Shown here: positions 18,700 to 29,686 of the stretch, piece by piece
Numbering within the stretch: the first letter of the stretch is position 1
How the letters are laid out: each line of letters starts with the position of its first letter
NCBI GenBank assembly: GCA_001821395.1
Contig: MHLM01000014.1
Location: forward strand, 128,001-192,000
Length of the DNA: 64,000 bases
Reading direction: 5' to 3'
Source: Candidatus Lloydbacteria bacterium RIFCSPHIGHO2_02_FULL_50_18
Lineage (GTDB): Bacteria > Patescibacteriota > Minisyncoccia > Phycocordibacterales > UBA6899
Translations under genes and position numbers: made by a program
The notes under the pieces: generated by a model
Told to the model about the DNA's origin: nothing
Database searches by the model: none
The model's input: only the letters and a program-made list of their open reading frames with translations

Positions 18700-18957
18700 A
18701 TGGCAACAACAGAAAAAATTCAACGAATCACAAGTAAGGGGCAAATCACGCTTCCTATTGCGTGGCGTCGCAAGATGGGCACCAGTACAATCGTCGTACG
18801 CGCAAAAGGCGACATGCTTGAGATCTCCCCACTCCGCACGCTCGATGATGAAGACGAGCAGTGGGTCACAATCTTCGACGCCGTGCGCGATAACAAAGGA
18901 AAGGGAATTCCGGCAAAGGAAATTTCAAGGATTTTGAGAAAGATCGACAAGAAGTAA
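18700..18957 (+). CDS. AbrB/MazE/SpoVT-family antitoxin (looped-hinge helix DNA-binding fold)
   Basis: SKGQITLPIAWRRKMG matches the AbrB-type swapped-hairpin motif. The toxin gene starts 4 nt downstream. Confidence 0.65.
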   Translation: MATTEKIQRITSKGQITLPIAWRRKMGTSTIVVRAKGDMLEISPLRTLDDEDEQWVTIFDAVRDNKGKGIPAKEISRILRKIDKK

Positions 18958-18960
18958 GAT

Positions 18961-19203
18961 ATGGATTCGACAGAAAAACTTTTGCGAAAGATATCGAAGG
19001 ATGATCGCGCTATTCTGAATAAACTTACCGACGATTTACAGGTTCCACTTCTGCGAAAAAATATGGATATTTTAAAACTGGCAGATAGTGACTATTTTCG
19101 TGTTCGAAAAGGAAAATTTCGCGCAATCTTTCATTTCGAAGGAAAAGAGGCAATTGTTGACTCCGTTCGCTTGCGCAACGAAAAAACATACCGTGATCTT
19201 TGA
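18961..19203 (+). CDS. RelE/ParE-superfamily toxin
   Basis: DYFRVRKGKFRAIFHFEGKEAIVDSVRLRNEKTYRDL resembles the RelE/ParE C-terminal pattern (RxxxYRxIY...V.R..HR..Y). The antitoxin-toxin order and 80-aa size are typical. Confidence 0.6.
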   Translation: MDSTEKLLRKISKDDRAILNKLTDDLQVPLLRKNMDILKLADSDYFRVRKGKFRAIFHFEGKEAIVDSVRLRNEKTYRDL

Positions 19204-19324
19204 GGTAATTCCGAACCTCGCTTCGAGGAAATAATCCCTCACTTCTTTTGATTGGCAAACGATAAATAGGGAAGTAGGTCATTCGTGAAAAAATATAATA
19301 AAAATATACTGATATACTATTTGT

Positions 19325-19942
19325 ATGAATATGTTTTTATTAAGCATGATCGATGGTCTCAACGCAGAGATAAAAAAAGCTCTTCAGGATGAAATTTCCA
19401 AAAGAGGGAATAGGGTTGCGTATGTTTCATCAGAGCCTCAAAGCGGAGAAAAGCCATATTATCTTGCAAACATAAAAGATTTTAAGGTCATCAGCGACGA
19501 AATTGAGGTTGACTATTTTGATCTCTCAGATGATTTCTCGGATGAGTTGCTGAACGGTCTGGGTACATATGGAGTTGTGTATCTCGCAGGAGGGAACACC
19601 TATACTTTTTTAGCTGCCGCCAAAAAAAGAAATTTACAAAACATACTTGAACATATTCTGGATAAAGACGGTCTGCTTATCGGCGTCAGTGCTGGTGCAC
19701 TTATCATGACTCCATCCGTGGAGCTTGCGGCCAGTGAGAATCTTGCTGCTCTTCAAGATTCGTCCGGTTTTGCTTTCGTTCCGTTTGAATTTTTTCCGCA
19801 CTATGAGGCAGACGGCAAAGAGTTCCCGGTAGGATATCTCACAAAGAACACTATCTATCTTTGCAAGAATGGCGATGGGATCTTCGTTTCAGGTAATGGC
19901 ATGAAAAAGTTCGGAGATATTCGCGAGCTTGAGACGGAGTAG
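19325..19942 (+). CDS. peptidase S51-family protein (dipeptidase E/cyanophycinase-like)
   Basis: VVYLAGGNTYTFL...LLIGVSAGALIM matches the S51 nucleophile-serine context. Confidence 0.7.
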   Translation: MNMFLLSMIDGLNAEIKKALQDEISKRGNRVAYVSSEPQSGEKPYYLANIKDFKVISDEIEVDYFDLSDDFSDELLNGLGTYGVVYLAGGNTYTFLAAAKKRNLQNILEHILDKDGLLIGVSAGALIMTPSVELAASENLAALQDSSGFAFVPFEFFPHYEADGKEFPVGYLTKNTIYLCKNGDGIFVSGNGMKKFGDIRELETE

Positions 19943-20070
19943 GGATTCGATTCGGAGGGCAACGCTCATTAAAGACGTTTCGAACTTTTTCTCCCTGCTT
20001 TCAGTGGGGTAATAAGAAAGACTATTTCTGAGATTCCACGGATATCTCTTTTTCTCTCCCTCGGACGAGG

Positions 20071-20207
20071 CATTCTTCAATCGAGAAAACTCGCGGAGGC
20101 TACTGGGGCAGGGCTTGGTCTTCGCCTTGCGAAGCCTGCCCCGCCGAGCGGAGGCACAATTTTTTGCAGGAAAAAATTGATGCCGTTTTTCTCGATTGAA
20201 GAATGCC
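20071..20207. repeat. structured element: 20-bp perfect inverted repeat (gcattcttcaatcgagaaaa / ttttctcgattgaagaatgc) enclosing two further perfect hairpins
   Basis: The inner hairpins are ggggcagg...cctgcccc and caattttttgcaggaaaaaattg. The element lies in the long non-coding region upstream of the rpoB promoter. Confidence 0.6.
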
Positions 20208-20247
20208 GTTGTCCACACCTTTTCCCCTTGCTTGTCCCCACCGCAAG

Positions 20248-20276
20248 GTATAGCTCTTGACGCAGATTAAGCCTTA
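20248..20276 (+). promoter_or_regulatory. sigma-70 promoter TTGACG-17-TATACT for rpoBC, with an approximately 400-nt leader
   Basis: ttgacg at 20248-20253, a 17-bp spacer, tatact at 20271-20276, and rpoB start at 20680. Confidence 0.5.
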
Positions 20277-20679
20277 ATCTATACTACTTTCACTAACGGC
20301 CTGATTGAGTTATTGGCGGATAACCCTTAGTACAGCCACTCTATAGCGCATGCTGCGCATTTATTTATAAGTTCGAGGAATATAAGACACTAACTCTGTA
20401 AACGAGTCCGTGTTTTTGCGTCTATTTCCTAGTGTAGCGAGCGAAATGAGAATGTCCGCATTCACATTTCCGAGCGAACGACGGAAAAAAGAGGGTATTC
20501 CGATTAATTGTACTTTCCGTATTTTAGTTCACGCGTTAGGACTTTCGGAAATGGATGCACCACAAAGAGTATTTCCATTTTTCTAAGCGGAGTACCGCAA
20601 AGAAAAATTGGTCAAATTCTCGGCGTGAGAAGTTCGCCATTTACGTATGTCCTATATTTAATAGTTTACTTATTCGATT

Positions 20680-23600
20680 ATGGAGGCGATCAATAAGAAG
20701 TTTTTTGGGCGCTATAAGGAATCGCTTGCAGAGATGCCAAATCTCGTGGAGATGCAGAAGCGTTCCTATGATTGGTTGGTTGAGGAAGGACTGAAGGAGC
20801 TCTTCAAGGAATTCTCACCGATCAGCGATTATTCAAAGAAGAAGTTCGATCTCGAGTTCATCGGATTCGAACTTTCACCCGCTCGTTTCGACGAACACTT
20901 CGCTCGTGAGAACAAGGTCTCGTATGAGACCCCGCTTCGCGCGCGTGTTCGCCTCACGAACAAGACGCTTGGTACCGTAAAGGAGCAAGAGGTCTTCATG
21001 GCGGATTTCCCGATCGCAACCGATCGCGGAACATTCGTCGTGAACGGTGTTGAGCGCGTCGTTGTGCCACAGCTCGCACGTTCATTCGGAATATTTTTTA
21101 CCGCACAGGAACTCAAAGCCGGTCGCTTCTTCGGAGCGAAGGTCATTCCCGCGCGCGGCGCATGGATCGAGATCGAGACGGACTCCGATGAGGTCATCTG
21201 GGTCAAGATCGACCGCAAACGTAAGTTCCCCGCAACCAGCCTCCTGCGTGTCTTCGGACAGTGCGGTGATGCGGAGATACTGAAAGCCTTCGAAGGCGAT
21301 CCCGACGCGAAGCGCTATATTGAAAAGACGCTTGCAAAGGATCCCGCAAAGACCCTTGAGGATTCGTACATCGAAGTCTATCGCCGCCTCCGCGATGGTG
21401 ATGTCACCTCAATAACAAACGCGCGCGAACTGATCGACGCGATGTTTGCCCGTGAGCGCTATGACCTTTCTCCCGTAGGTCGCGTTCGCTTCAACCGCCG
21501 TTTTGGAAAAGCGATGACTCCCGTCGCTCTTGAGACGCGCGTGCTCACCTTTGACGATCTCACGACGACCGTTGCGTATGTCGCGAAGTTAAATCACACC
21601 AAGGGTGCCGAGGAAGACGACATCGACCATTTGGGTAGCCGCCGCGTACGGTTCGTCGGAGAGATGCTTCAAGCAAAACTTCGTGTCGGTATGACACAGA
21701 TGAAGCGCAACATTCAGGACCGCATGTCGACCGTTGAAACGGATACCATTCTGCCGATCAATTTTGTTTCTCCTCGTCCGCTTCAGGCACGCCTCAAGGA
21801 ATTCTTCACGACCAATCAGCTTTCTCAGCTTATGAGTCAGGGGAACGTCCTTGACGAAGTGGAGCATCTCCGCACCACATCAGCCATGGGTCCCGGTGGA
21901 CTCACGAAGGAGCGCGCCGGACTTGAGGTCCGCGACGTGCATCCGTCACATTACGGACGCCTTTGCCCTATTCATACACCTGAAGGTCCGAACATCGGAC
22001 TCGTGCTGCGTTTGGCAACATACGCGCGCACCAATGCGTTTGGCGTCATTGAGACACCATATGTGAAGGTTGATGACGGACATATCACAGGAAAGATCGA
22101 GTATTTGAATGCACTTGAAGAAGAGCAGTTCATCATCGCGCACGCAGCCGTACCGTACGGCGCCGACATGATGCTTGAGTCTCGCGTTGAGGCTCGCGTC
22201 AAGGGAAATCCCGGTATCGTCAACCGCGCACAGGTCGACTACATCGACGTGGCGACAAATCAGGCATTCTCAACCGCTACCTCATCGATCCCGTTCCTCG
22301 AACACGACGATGCCAACCGTGCACTCATGGGTTCCAACATGCAACGCCAGGCGGAGCCGTTGGTTTCTCCAACCGCACCGATCGTCGCGACCGGAATGGA
22401 AGGACGCATTGCCCGCGACTCAGGCCGCGTGGTCATCGCTGAATCGGACGGTGTCATCAAGGAAGTCGACGCGCGACATATCGTCTTCAAGGACAACAAG
22501 GGTAATGAAAAAGAGTACAAGCTTTTGAATTACATCATGACGAACAACGCCAACTGTTATCATCAGCGTCCGATCGTTTCGGTCGGTGAGAAGATAAAGA
22601 AGGGTGATGTGCTCGCCGACACTTCGACATCAGATCGCGGAGAGATGGCGCTCGGACAGAATCTGCTCGTCGCGTTCATGTCATGGGGAGGAGCAAACTA
22701 CGAAGATGCCATCATTCTTTCGGAGCGTCTCGTTCGTGAGTCTGTGCTCACCTCTATTCATATCGAGAAATTCGTCGTGAACGTGCGCGACACCAAACTT
22801 GGACCCGAGGTCACCACTCCCGATATCCCCAATGTCGGTGAAGTCAAATTAAAAGACCTCGATTATGAGGGCATCGTGCGTATCGGCGCAGAAGTACGAC
22901 CGGGAGATATTCTGGTCGGAAAGATCACTCCGAAGGGCGAAGCGACACTCACGCCGGAAGAGCGCCTCTTGCGTTCGATCTTCGGTGAGAAGGCACGCGA
23001 CGTCAAAGACACCTCGCTCCGCATGGAGCACGGCAAGCGCGGTCGCGTCATCGGCGTGAAAGTATTCTCACGCGAGAAGGGTGACAACCTTGAGTCCGGT
23101 ATCATCAAGCGCATCTATCTTGAGATCGCACAGTTGCGTAACATCTCGGTCGGAGACAAGCTCGCCGGTCGTCACGGTAACAAAGGTGTTATTTCAAAGA
23201 TCCTCCCGCTTGAGGAAATGCCATTCCAGGAAGACGGAACACCGATCGACGTGATCCTTACCCCGCTCGGCGTGCCGTCACGTATGAACCTCGGACAAAT
23301 TTTTGAACTCCACTTGGGACTTGCTGCGCACAAGCACGGCTACCAGGCGGTCACACAGCCGTTCCTCGGCGTCACTGAAGAGGAGATCCGCGCAGAGTTG
23401 AAGAGCGCAGGATATCGCGAAGACGGAAAAATGAAGCTGTACGATGGCCGCACGGGCGAGTCGTTCGAGCAAGAAATTTCAGTTGGCTACATGTATATTT
23501 TGAAACTTCATCACATGGTGGAAGACAAGATCCACATGCGCTCCATCGGGCCTTACTCCCTTATCACGCAGCAGCCGCTCGGCGGAAAGGCGCAAGGAGG

Positions 23601-23850
23601 AGGACAGCGTTTCGGAGAAATGGAAGTGTGGGCGCTCCAGGGTTATGGTGCCGCTCATATCCTTCGCGAAATGTTGACCGTGAAGTCCGACGATATTCTC
23701 GGACGCTCCGCCGCGTTTGACGCGATCGTCAAAGGCAAGAACATCCGTGAGCCGAATCTCCCCGCAACGTTCAATGTCTTGCTCAATTCGCTTCGCGGAT
23801 TGTCCCTCGATATCGACCTGATGCACATTAAGGATGAAGAGACCAATTAA
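20680..23850 (+). CDS. rpoB: DNA-directed RNA polymerase beta subunit (short, 1056 aa)
   Basis: Conserved RpoB blocks throughout, for example GRYKVNKKLG-like, NMQRQA, GGQRFGEMEVWAL and the C-terminal region. Confidence 0.95.
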   Translation: MEAINKKFFGRYKESLAEMPNLVEMQKRSYDWLVEEGLKELFKEFSPISDYSKKKFDLEFIGFELSPARFDEHFARENKVSYETPLRARVRLTNKTLGTVKEQEVFMADFPIATDRGTFVVNGVERVVVPQLARSFGIFFTAQELKAGRFFGAKVIPARGAWIEIETDSDEVIWVKIDRKRKFPATSLLRVFGQCGDAEILKAFEGDPDAKRYIEKTLAKDPAKTLEDSYIEVYRRLRDGDVTSITNARELIDAMFARERYDLSPVGRVRFNRRFGKAMTPVALETRVLTFDDLTTTVAYVAKLNHTKGAEEDDIDHLGSRRVRFVGEMLQAKLRVGMTQMKRNIQDRMSTVETDTILPINFVSPRPLQARLKEFFTTNQLSQLMSQGNVLDEVEHLRTTSAMGPGGLTKERAGLEVRDVHPSHYGRLCPIHTPEGPNIGLVLRLATYARTNAFGVIETPYVKVDDGHITGKIEYLNALEEEQFIIAHAAVPYGADMMLESRVEARVKGNPGIVNRAQVDYIDVATNQAFSTATSSIPFLEHDDANRALMGSNMQRQAEPLVSPTAPIVATGMEGRIARDSGRVVIAESDGVIKEVDARHIVFKDNKGNEKEYKLLNYIMTNNANCYHQRPIVSVGEKIKKGDVLADTSTSDRGEMALGQNLLVAFMSWGGANYEDAIILSERLVRESVLTSIHIEKFVVNVRDTKLGPEVTTPDIPNVGEVKLKDLDYEGIVRIGAEVRPGDILVGKITPKGEATLTPEERLLRSIFGEKARDVKDTSLRMEHGKRGRVIGVKVFSREKGDNLESGIIKRIYLEIAQLRNISVGDKLAGRHGNKGVISKILPLEEMPFQEDGTPIDVILTPLGVPSRMNLGQIFELHLGLAAHKHGYQAVTQPFLGVTEEEIRAELKSAGYREDGKMKLYDGRTGESFEQEISVGYMYILKLHHMVEDKIHMRSIGPYSLITQQPLGGKAQGGGQRFGEMEVWALQGYGAAHILREMLTVKSDDILGRSAAFDAIVKGKNIREPNLPATFNVLLNSLRGLSLDIDLMHIKDEETN

Positions 23851-26800
23851 TAGCCATACCATTCATATGAATAATCCATCAACAGATTTCAACGCGATCG
23901 GCATCAAGCTTGCTTCGCCGGAGCGCATCAAGGAGTGGTCGCATGGCGAGGTCACCAAGCCTGAAACGATCAACTATCGTACCCAGCGCTCAGAGCGCGG
24001 AGGACTGTTCGACGAGCGCATTTTTGGACCTGAAAAGGACTTCGAGTGCTACTGCGGTAAGTACAAAGGCATCCGCTACAAGGGGATCATCTGTGAGAAG
24101 TGTGGCGTTGAGATCACGCGCGCGATCGTGCGCCGTGACCGCATGGGTCACATCGAACTCGCAGCCCCCGTGTCGCATATTTGGTTCTTGCGCGGCATCC
24201 CGTCACGCATTGGACTCCTGCTCAATCTTCCTGTTGCTGAGCTTGAGAAGGTCATCTATTTCGCCGCATACGTCGTCACAAAGGTGGACGAGCGCGAGAA
24301 AGAGGAGCTTTTGAAACAGCTCGATCAGGAATATAAATCGAAAGTGAAGTCACTTGAGGCAAAGGGAGCGAAGGACAAGATGAAGGAACTCCTGACCGCC
24401 GCAAAGAAAGAGATCGACGGAATCACCGTCGGGCTTATTCTGGACGAAATGACGTACCACAAGTACTCACTCAAATATTCGTCCGCTTTCGAAGCCGGCA
24501 TCGGTGCCGAAGCGGTCTACGCAATGTTCCAGAAACTTGATCTCAAGAAACTTCAGACACACATGCTGACGACGCTTGAGAAAGCCGGAGCCGTTGAGCG
24601 CGTGAAGCTCTACAAGCGACTGTCGCTCGTGAAGGCCATGTTGCGCTCGGGAGTTCGTCCTGAGTGGATGTTCCTGACCGCGATCCCGGTCATTCCTCCA
24701 GGAATGCGCCCGATGGTCGCACTTGAAGGAGGCCGTCACGCGACATCCGACGTCAACGACCTGTACCGACGCGTCATCAATCGGAACAACCGCTTGAAGA
24801 AATTGATCGAGATCGACGCCCCTGAGGTCATCTTGCGCAATGAAAAACGCATCTTGCAGGAAGCAGTAGACGCGCTCATCGACAACTCGATCCGTCACGG
24901 TTCGACCTCTGCGGCGATGAGTCAGACACAGCGCCGTCAGTTGAAGTCACTTGCCGACACACTCAAGGGAAAGGGAGGACTCTTCCGCCAGAACTTGCTT
25001 GGAAAGCGCGTCGACTACTCGGGACGTTCCGTCATCGTCGTTGGCCCGGACCTGAAATTGAATCAGTGCGGACTTCCGAAGCACATGGCACTTGAACTGT
25101 TCCGCCCATTCGTCATCGCAAAGCTCTTGGATCAGGGTCTCGCATTCAACATCCGCGGTGCCAATCGTCTCATCGACGAGGGTATTCCCGAGGTGTGGGG
25201 AAATCTTGAGGATGTCATCAAGGGCAAATATGTGCTCTTGAACCGTGCTCCGACCCTTCACCGCCTCGGTATCCAAGCATTCAATCCGACGCTGATCGAA
25301 GGCAACGCCATCCAGGTGCATCCGCTCGTCTGTTCCGCGTTCAACGCAGACTTCGACGGAGACCAAATGGCCGTTCACGTTCCATTGTCCGATGAAGCAC
25401 AGGCTGAAGCAAAGAACCTCATGGCATCGAACAAGAATCTCTTGAAGCCGGGCTCAGGAGATCCTGTGGTGAATCCCGGACAAGACATCGTGCTCGGTTG
25501 CTACTGGATGACCAAGATCGTCGAAGGCGAGGCGGGCGAGGGCAAGATCTTTGCTACTCCGAACGCATCGATCACCGCATATGACTTTGGTGTCGTCGGT
25601 TTCCGCTCCAAGATCAAGGTCATGGGAACGGATACGGATAAATACAAGCAGTTCGAAGGGAAGCCTTTCGAGACGACCGTCGGACGCTTGCTCTTCAACT
25701 CCGTGCTTCCGTCAGATTTTCCTTTCATCAACAAAGTGGTCACGAAGAAAGATCTCGCCAACATGGTCGACGACCTCATCACGCGTTACGGTATCGACGG
25801 TACTCCTCAGGCACTCGATAAGATCAAAGCATTTGGATACAAATACGTCACCAAGTCCGGTGTGACCTGGTCACTGTCCGACGTGAAGGTTCCTCCCGAG
25901 AAGAAGGCGATCGTTGCCGCAGCTCGCAAAGAAGAACTTGGAGTCATGGAAAACTACGAAGAGGGACTCCTCTCCGCAGATGAGAAATATCGCAAGGTCA
26001 TCGAGATCTGGACACGTGTGCAGAATGATATCGAAAAGGTGGTGCCGAACGGATTGCCACTCAACGGTCCCGTCATGGACATGATCACCTCCGGTGCGCG
26101 TGGTTCCATCAAGCAGGTGTCACTCATGGTCGGCATCAAGGGTCTCACGCAGGGACCGTCAGGCCGTATCATTGACTTCCCGATGGTGCCGTCACTCAAA
26201 GAAGGTCTTACTCCGCTCGAATACTTCATTTCTACCCACGGAGCACGTAAGGGTATGACCGACACCGCACTCAATACCGCAAAGGCAGGGTACCTGACGC
26301 GCCGTCTCGTTGACGTGGCGCAGGACGTTGTCGTCCTCGAAGAAGACTGTGGTGAAAGAGACGGTATCCGTCTCACGAAAGAGAATGCACTTGGTATCGA
26401 GATCACTATGTCGCGAAATTCTCGCGGTCGTGTCCTCGCGAAGGATGCCGTTGCGAACGGAAAGGTCATCTTCAAGAAGGGAAGCCTCCTTGGCCGCGAT
26501 GAAGCGAAATTGATCGAAACGTCGGGTGTTGAAGAGGTCTTCGTTCACTCTCCGCTCGTGTGTAAGACGCTCCGCGGTGTCTGTCAGAAATGCTACGGCA
26601 TGGATCTCGGACGCGGTGTGATGGTCGCACTTGGAGAAACAGTCGGTATCGTCGCCGCGCAGGCCATTGGAGAGCCGGGAACCCAGCTCACGATGCGTAC
26701 CTTCCACGCCGGTGGTGCCGCAGGTGAAGACATTACGATGGGTCTTCCTCGCGTTGAAGATATTTTCGAGCGTCAGACACCGAAGGCGCAGGCCGTCGTG

Positions 26801-27514
26801 TGTAAGATCGACGGAGTCGTTTCCGACATCAAGCACGGTGAAAAGGATGACCTGATCATCGTCGTCTTGGGCGAGGAGTCAAGCAAGAAAGAGAAAGAGG
26901 CAAAGGAAGTCGAGCACTCAGTATCGTTCCGCCGTTCACCGCTCGTCAAAGTTGGCGCGCACGTGAAAGCGGGAGATCTGATCACCGACGGCTATGCCGA
27001 CATCGATGAGCTCTACAAGTTCGGAGGACTCGATCGCGCACAACGCTACATCATCGCCGAGATCAACAAGATCTATGAGACACAAGGAGCATCCATCTCG
27101 CGTAAGCATGTCGAGGTCATCGTGCGCCAGATGTTCTCACGCCGAAAGATCAAGTCGACCGGAGATACGAAATTCTCCATTGGCAACACCGTCGAAGAGT
27201 CGACGCTCAATGTCGAGAATGCACGCGTGAAGGCACAAGGTGGCGAAGAGGCCAAGGGTGAGCAGCTCGTCCTCGGTATCACTGATGTCGCACTCACGAA
27301 GGAGTCTTTCCTCTCGGCAGCATCATTCCAGAACACGTCACGCGTCTTGATCGAAGCAGCAGTCCAAGGTTCTGTCGACAAGCTCTATGGTTTGAAGGAG
27401 AACGTTATCTTGGGTCGCTTGATCCCCGCAGGAACAGGGTTCCATACGAATAGGGTGGAGCCGGAGTATGATCCGGAGGATGATTTGCCTCCACGCGAAA
27501 TAGTCCAAGCGTAA
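23834..27514 (+). CDS. rpoC: DNA-directed RNA polymerase beta' subunit
   Basis: Zn-finger [21 protein letters not shown], the NADFDGD catalytic loop and trigger loop. The track ORF overlaps rpoB by 17 nt; an alternative non-overlapping start is the ATG at 23867 ([18 protein letters not shown]...). Confidence 0.95.
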   Translation: MKRPINSHTIHMNNPSTDFNAIGIKLASPERIKEWSHGEVTKPETINYRTQRSERGGLFDERIFGPEKDFECYCGKYKGIRYKGIICEKCGVEITRAIVRRDRMGHIELAAPVSHIWFLRGIPSRIGLLLNLPVAELEKVIYFAAYVVTKVDEREKEELLKQLDQEYKSKVKSLEAKGAKDKMKELLTAAKKEIDGITVGLILDEMTYHKYSLKYSSAFEAGIGAEAVYAMFQKLDLKKLQTHMLTTLEKAGAVERVKLYKRLSLVKAMLRSGVRPEWMFLTAIPVIPPGMRPMVALEGGRHATSDVNDLYRRVINRNNRLKKLIEIDAPEVILRNEKRILQEAVDALIDNSIRHGSTSAAMSQTQRRQLKSLADTLKGKGGLFRQNLLGKRVDYSGRSVIVVGPDLKLNQCGLPKHMALELFRPFVIAKLLDQGLAFNIRGANRLIDEGIPEVWGNLEDVIKGKYVLLNRAPTLHRLGIQAFNPTLIEGNAIQVHPLVCSAFNADFDGDQMAVHVPLSDEAQAEAKNLMASNKNLLKPGSGDPVVNPGQDIVLGCYWMTKIVEGEAGEGKIFATPNASITAYDFGVVGFRSKIKVMGTDTDKYKQFEGKPFETTVGRLLFNSVLPSDFPFINKVVTKKDLANMVDDLITRYGIDGTPQALDKIKAFGYKYVTKSGVTWSLSDVKVPPEKKAIVAAARKEELGVMENYEEGLLSADEKYRKVIEIWTRVQNDIEKVVPNGLPLNGPVMDMITSGARGSIKQVSLMVGIKGLTQGPSGRIIDFPMVPSLKEGLTPLEYFISTHGARKGMTDTALNTAKAGYLTRRLVDVAQDVVVLEEDCGERDGIRLTKENALGIEITMSRNSRGRVLAKDAVANGKVIFKKGSLLGRDEAKLIETSGVEEVFVHSPLVCKTLRGVCQKCYGMDLGRGVMVALGETVGIVAAQAIGEPGTQLTMRTFHAGGAAGEDITMGLPRVEDIFERQTPKAQAVVCKIDGVVSDIKHGEKDDLIIVVLGEESSKKEKEAKEVEHSVSFRRSPLVKVGAHVKAGDLITDGYADIDELYKFGGLDRAQRYIIAEINKIYETQGASISRKHVEVIVRQMFSRRKIKSTGDTKFSIGNTVEESTLNVENARVKAQGGEEAKGEQLVLGITDVALTKESFLSAASFQNTSRVLIEAAVQGSVDKLYGLKENVILGRLIPAGTGFHTNRVEPEYDPEDDLPPREIVQA

Positions 27515-27525
27515 CAATGTCCAGT

Positions 27526-27645
27526 TAGGGCGCATTGCGTCGTTGACTTCGCTCTCCGGTTCGGAGAACTTACTCAAAGTAAGTCCTCGCGAACACGGAG
27601 AGCTTGTCGCCTCGCACTGCATCCCAAACTGACCATTGTTAAAAT
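27526..27645. repeat. intergenic repeat family A, copy 3 (ttagggcgcattgcgtcgttg...acttactcaaagtaagt hairpin...tcgcactgcatcccaaactg)
   Basis: Same terminal blocks as copies 1 and 4. Confidence 0.55.
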
Positions 27646-27763
27646 GCAATGCAGCGCAGTTCGTTCTTTGTTTCAGGGCTCATGAAATAAAATGAAAATT
27701 AAAAAGAAAACACTCAGCAACGTCTCTCCTGTGTGTTTTCTTGCATCCGACCATGGCAACACC

Positions 27764-27883
27764 CGTAGAACAGATAAAAAGGAAGCTTCACAAATTTACC
27801 TGCAGTGCGAGGCGGCAGCGAGGAGCACCCCTGAGGCGTATGAGCGATACGGTGAAGGGGTCGACGTAGCGACAACGAAGCAA
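27764..27883 (+). pseudogene. duplicated 5' end of dnaG (decoy start / duplication remnant)
   Basis: atggcaacacccgtagaacagataaaaagg (MATPVEQIKRK...) is near-identical to the real dnaG start atgccaaccccagtagaacagatcaagtcc ([11 protein letters not shown]...) about 145 nt downstream. It diverges after 11 codons and stops after 39 codons. Confidence 0.5.
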
Positions 27884-27909
27884 TGCAGTAAATTTGTAAG
27901 CGCAAACAT

Positions 27910-29685
27910 ATGCCAACCCCAGTAGAACAGATCAAGTCCCGCTTATCGATAGTCGATGTGGTGGGGTCGTACATCAAGCTTGATAAGGCTGGCGGAAGCT
28001 TTAAGACACTCTGTCCGTTCCACAACGAGAAGTCGCCATCATTCAATGTCAGTCCATCGCGCGATGCGTACTATTGTTTCGGGTGCAATCGTGGGGGAGA
28101 TATCTTCTCATTCGTGCAGGAGATCGAGGGTATCGACTTCGTTGATGCCTTGAAGATACTTGCAACGCGTGCGGGGGTGGAATTAAAGCGCGAGAACATC
28201 GGCGAGCGTACGGTGCGTGAGCGTCTCTATGCCATCATGGATGCGGTCACCGAATTGTATCAAGGCGAACTCGCGAAGAATGCGGAGGTGAGCGCGTATC
28301 TTCTGGGACGCGGGCTCACCGAGAAGACCATTTCAGATTTTCGCATCGGCTACGCTCCGAATGAATGGCGTCTCGCGTACGAACATCTGAAGCGAAAAGG
28401 ATTCACCGATGAGGAGATAGAAAGCGCGGGGCTCACAAAGGCTGTTGAAGGAAAGGGGTATTACGACCGATTCCGCGGAAGGGTCATGTTCCCGATCTTC
28501 GATGCGAACGGTCGCGTCGTGGCGTTCTCGGGCCGCGTCTTTGGGAATCAGAAGAACCAAGATGGGACCGATGTCGCGAAGTACATCAATTCACCGGAGA
28601 CCCCGCTCTATGACAAATCGGCGATACTTTTCGGATATGACCGCGCGAAGATGGATATTCGAAAGCAAAATTTTTGCATCCTCGTCGAGGGGCAGATGGA
28701 CCTCATCATGTCGCATCAGGCGGGGACCACGAACACCGTTGCGGTATCGGGCACGGCGCTCACCGAGCGTCATCTCGCGCTACTCAAGCGGGTGACCGAC
28801 AATCTTGTCTTCGCATTCGATGCCGATGATGCGGGTCTTGCCGCGACGGGTCGTGCGTTCCAGATGGCACTTGCCCTCGGTATGAATGTCCGCGTTGCGG
28901 CCATCCCGGACGGGAAAGACCCCGCAGATTATATTTTGAAGAATGCGGAAGAGAAACCGGAAGCCTGGGCAGAGGTCATTGCGAGTTCGAAGCACATCAT
29001 CGACTTCTATCTTTCGTCACTCGCAGGGAAGGGGTATGACCCACGCGATTATCGCGAGGAGGTCGAGAAAAAAGTCCTTCCTCTCATTCTCGCAATGCAG
29101 TCGAAGATCGAGCAGGCGCATTTCATCGTCGAAGTCGCACGAAAGCTCGGAGTTGCCGAGAATGCCGTCTGGGAAGAGGTCAAGCGTCTCAAGTTTCAGG
29201 GTGGTGCGATCACGCACAGTGTGACCCCCCAGGGCGGAGAGGATCGGAGGGACGAGCTACCGCGAGGGAACATAAAGAGCAGACGTCAAGTTGCCGAGGA
29301 GGAAATAATCAGTATTCTTCTCTGGCAGGAGACCCATAAGGAGCCCGCCATCAATGTTCCCGTTATTCGCAGGTCTTATGAGGAGCGCATTGCGCGATAC
29401 GCCATCTCGGGCATGAGGCCGGATGATGACCAGACGCGCATTCTCATCATCAAAGCCGAGCACACGTACGAGCATGGACCAGGGCTTGAAGTCGCCATCG
29501 AAGAGATGCTCGACACACTCGAAGCCGAAGTATTGAAAGAGATGCAGGCGGAACTGTTAAAAAAGATCCATGAGTCCGAAGGAAGAGGGGACAAAGAAGA
29601 AACGAAAAAATATTTACAACAATACCAGGAAGTGACTCCCCGATTAATAGCGATAGAGGATAGGAAGTTAAAGCGGAGTATATGA
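27910..29685 (+). CDS. dnaG: DNA primase
   Basis: CHC2 zinc finger [30 protein letters not shown] and TOPRIM motifs EGQMDLI and DADDAG. Confidence 0.9.
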   Translation: MPTPVEQIKSRLSIVDVVGSYIKLDKAGGSFKTLCPFHNEKSPSFNVSPSRDAYYCFGCNRGGDIFSFVQEIEGIDFVDALKILATRAGVELKRENIGERTVRERLYAIMDAVTELYQGELAKNAEVSAYLLGRGLTEKTISDFRIGYAPNEWRLAYEHLKRKGFTDEEIESAGLTKAVEGKGYYDRFRGRVMFPIFDANGRVVAFSGRVFGNQKNQDGTDVAKYINSPETPLYDKSAILFGYDRAKMDIRKQNFCILVEGQMDLIMSHQAGTTNTVAVSGTALTERHLALLKRVTDNLVFAFDADDAGLAATGRAFQMALALGMNVRVAAIPDGKDPADYILKNAEEKPEAWAEVIASSKHIIDFYLSSLAGKGYDPRDYREEVEKKVLPLILAMQSKIEQAHFIVEVARKLGVAENAVWEEVKRLKFQGGAITHSVTPQGGEDRRDELPRGNIKSRRQVAEEEIISILLWQETHKEPAINVPVIRRSYEERIARYAISGMRPDDDQTRILIIKAEHTYEHGPGLEVAIEEMLDTLEAEVLKEMQAELLKKIHESEGRGDKEETKKYLQQYQEVTPRLIAIEDRKLKRSI

Positions 29686-29686
29686 G

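Noticed and set aside
27692-27925. 77-aa ORF MKIKKKTLSN... in the rpoC-dnaG spacer
   Set aside because: It overlaps the duplicated dnaG start in another frame, has an AT-rich poly-K start without an RBS, and is more parsimoniously non-coding spacer carrying the dnaG 5' duplication.
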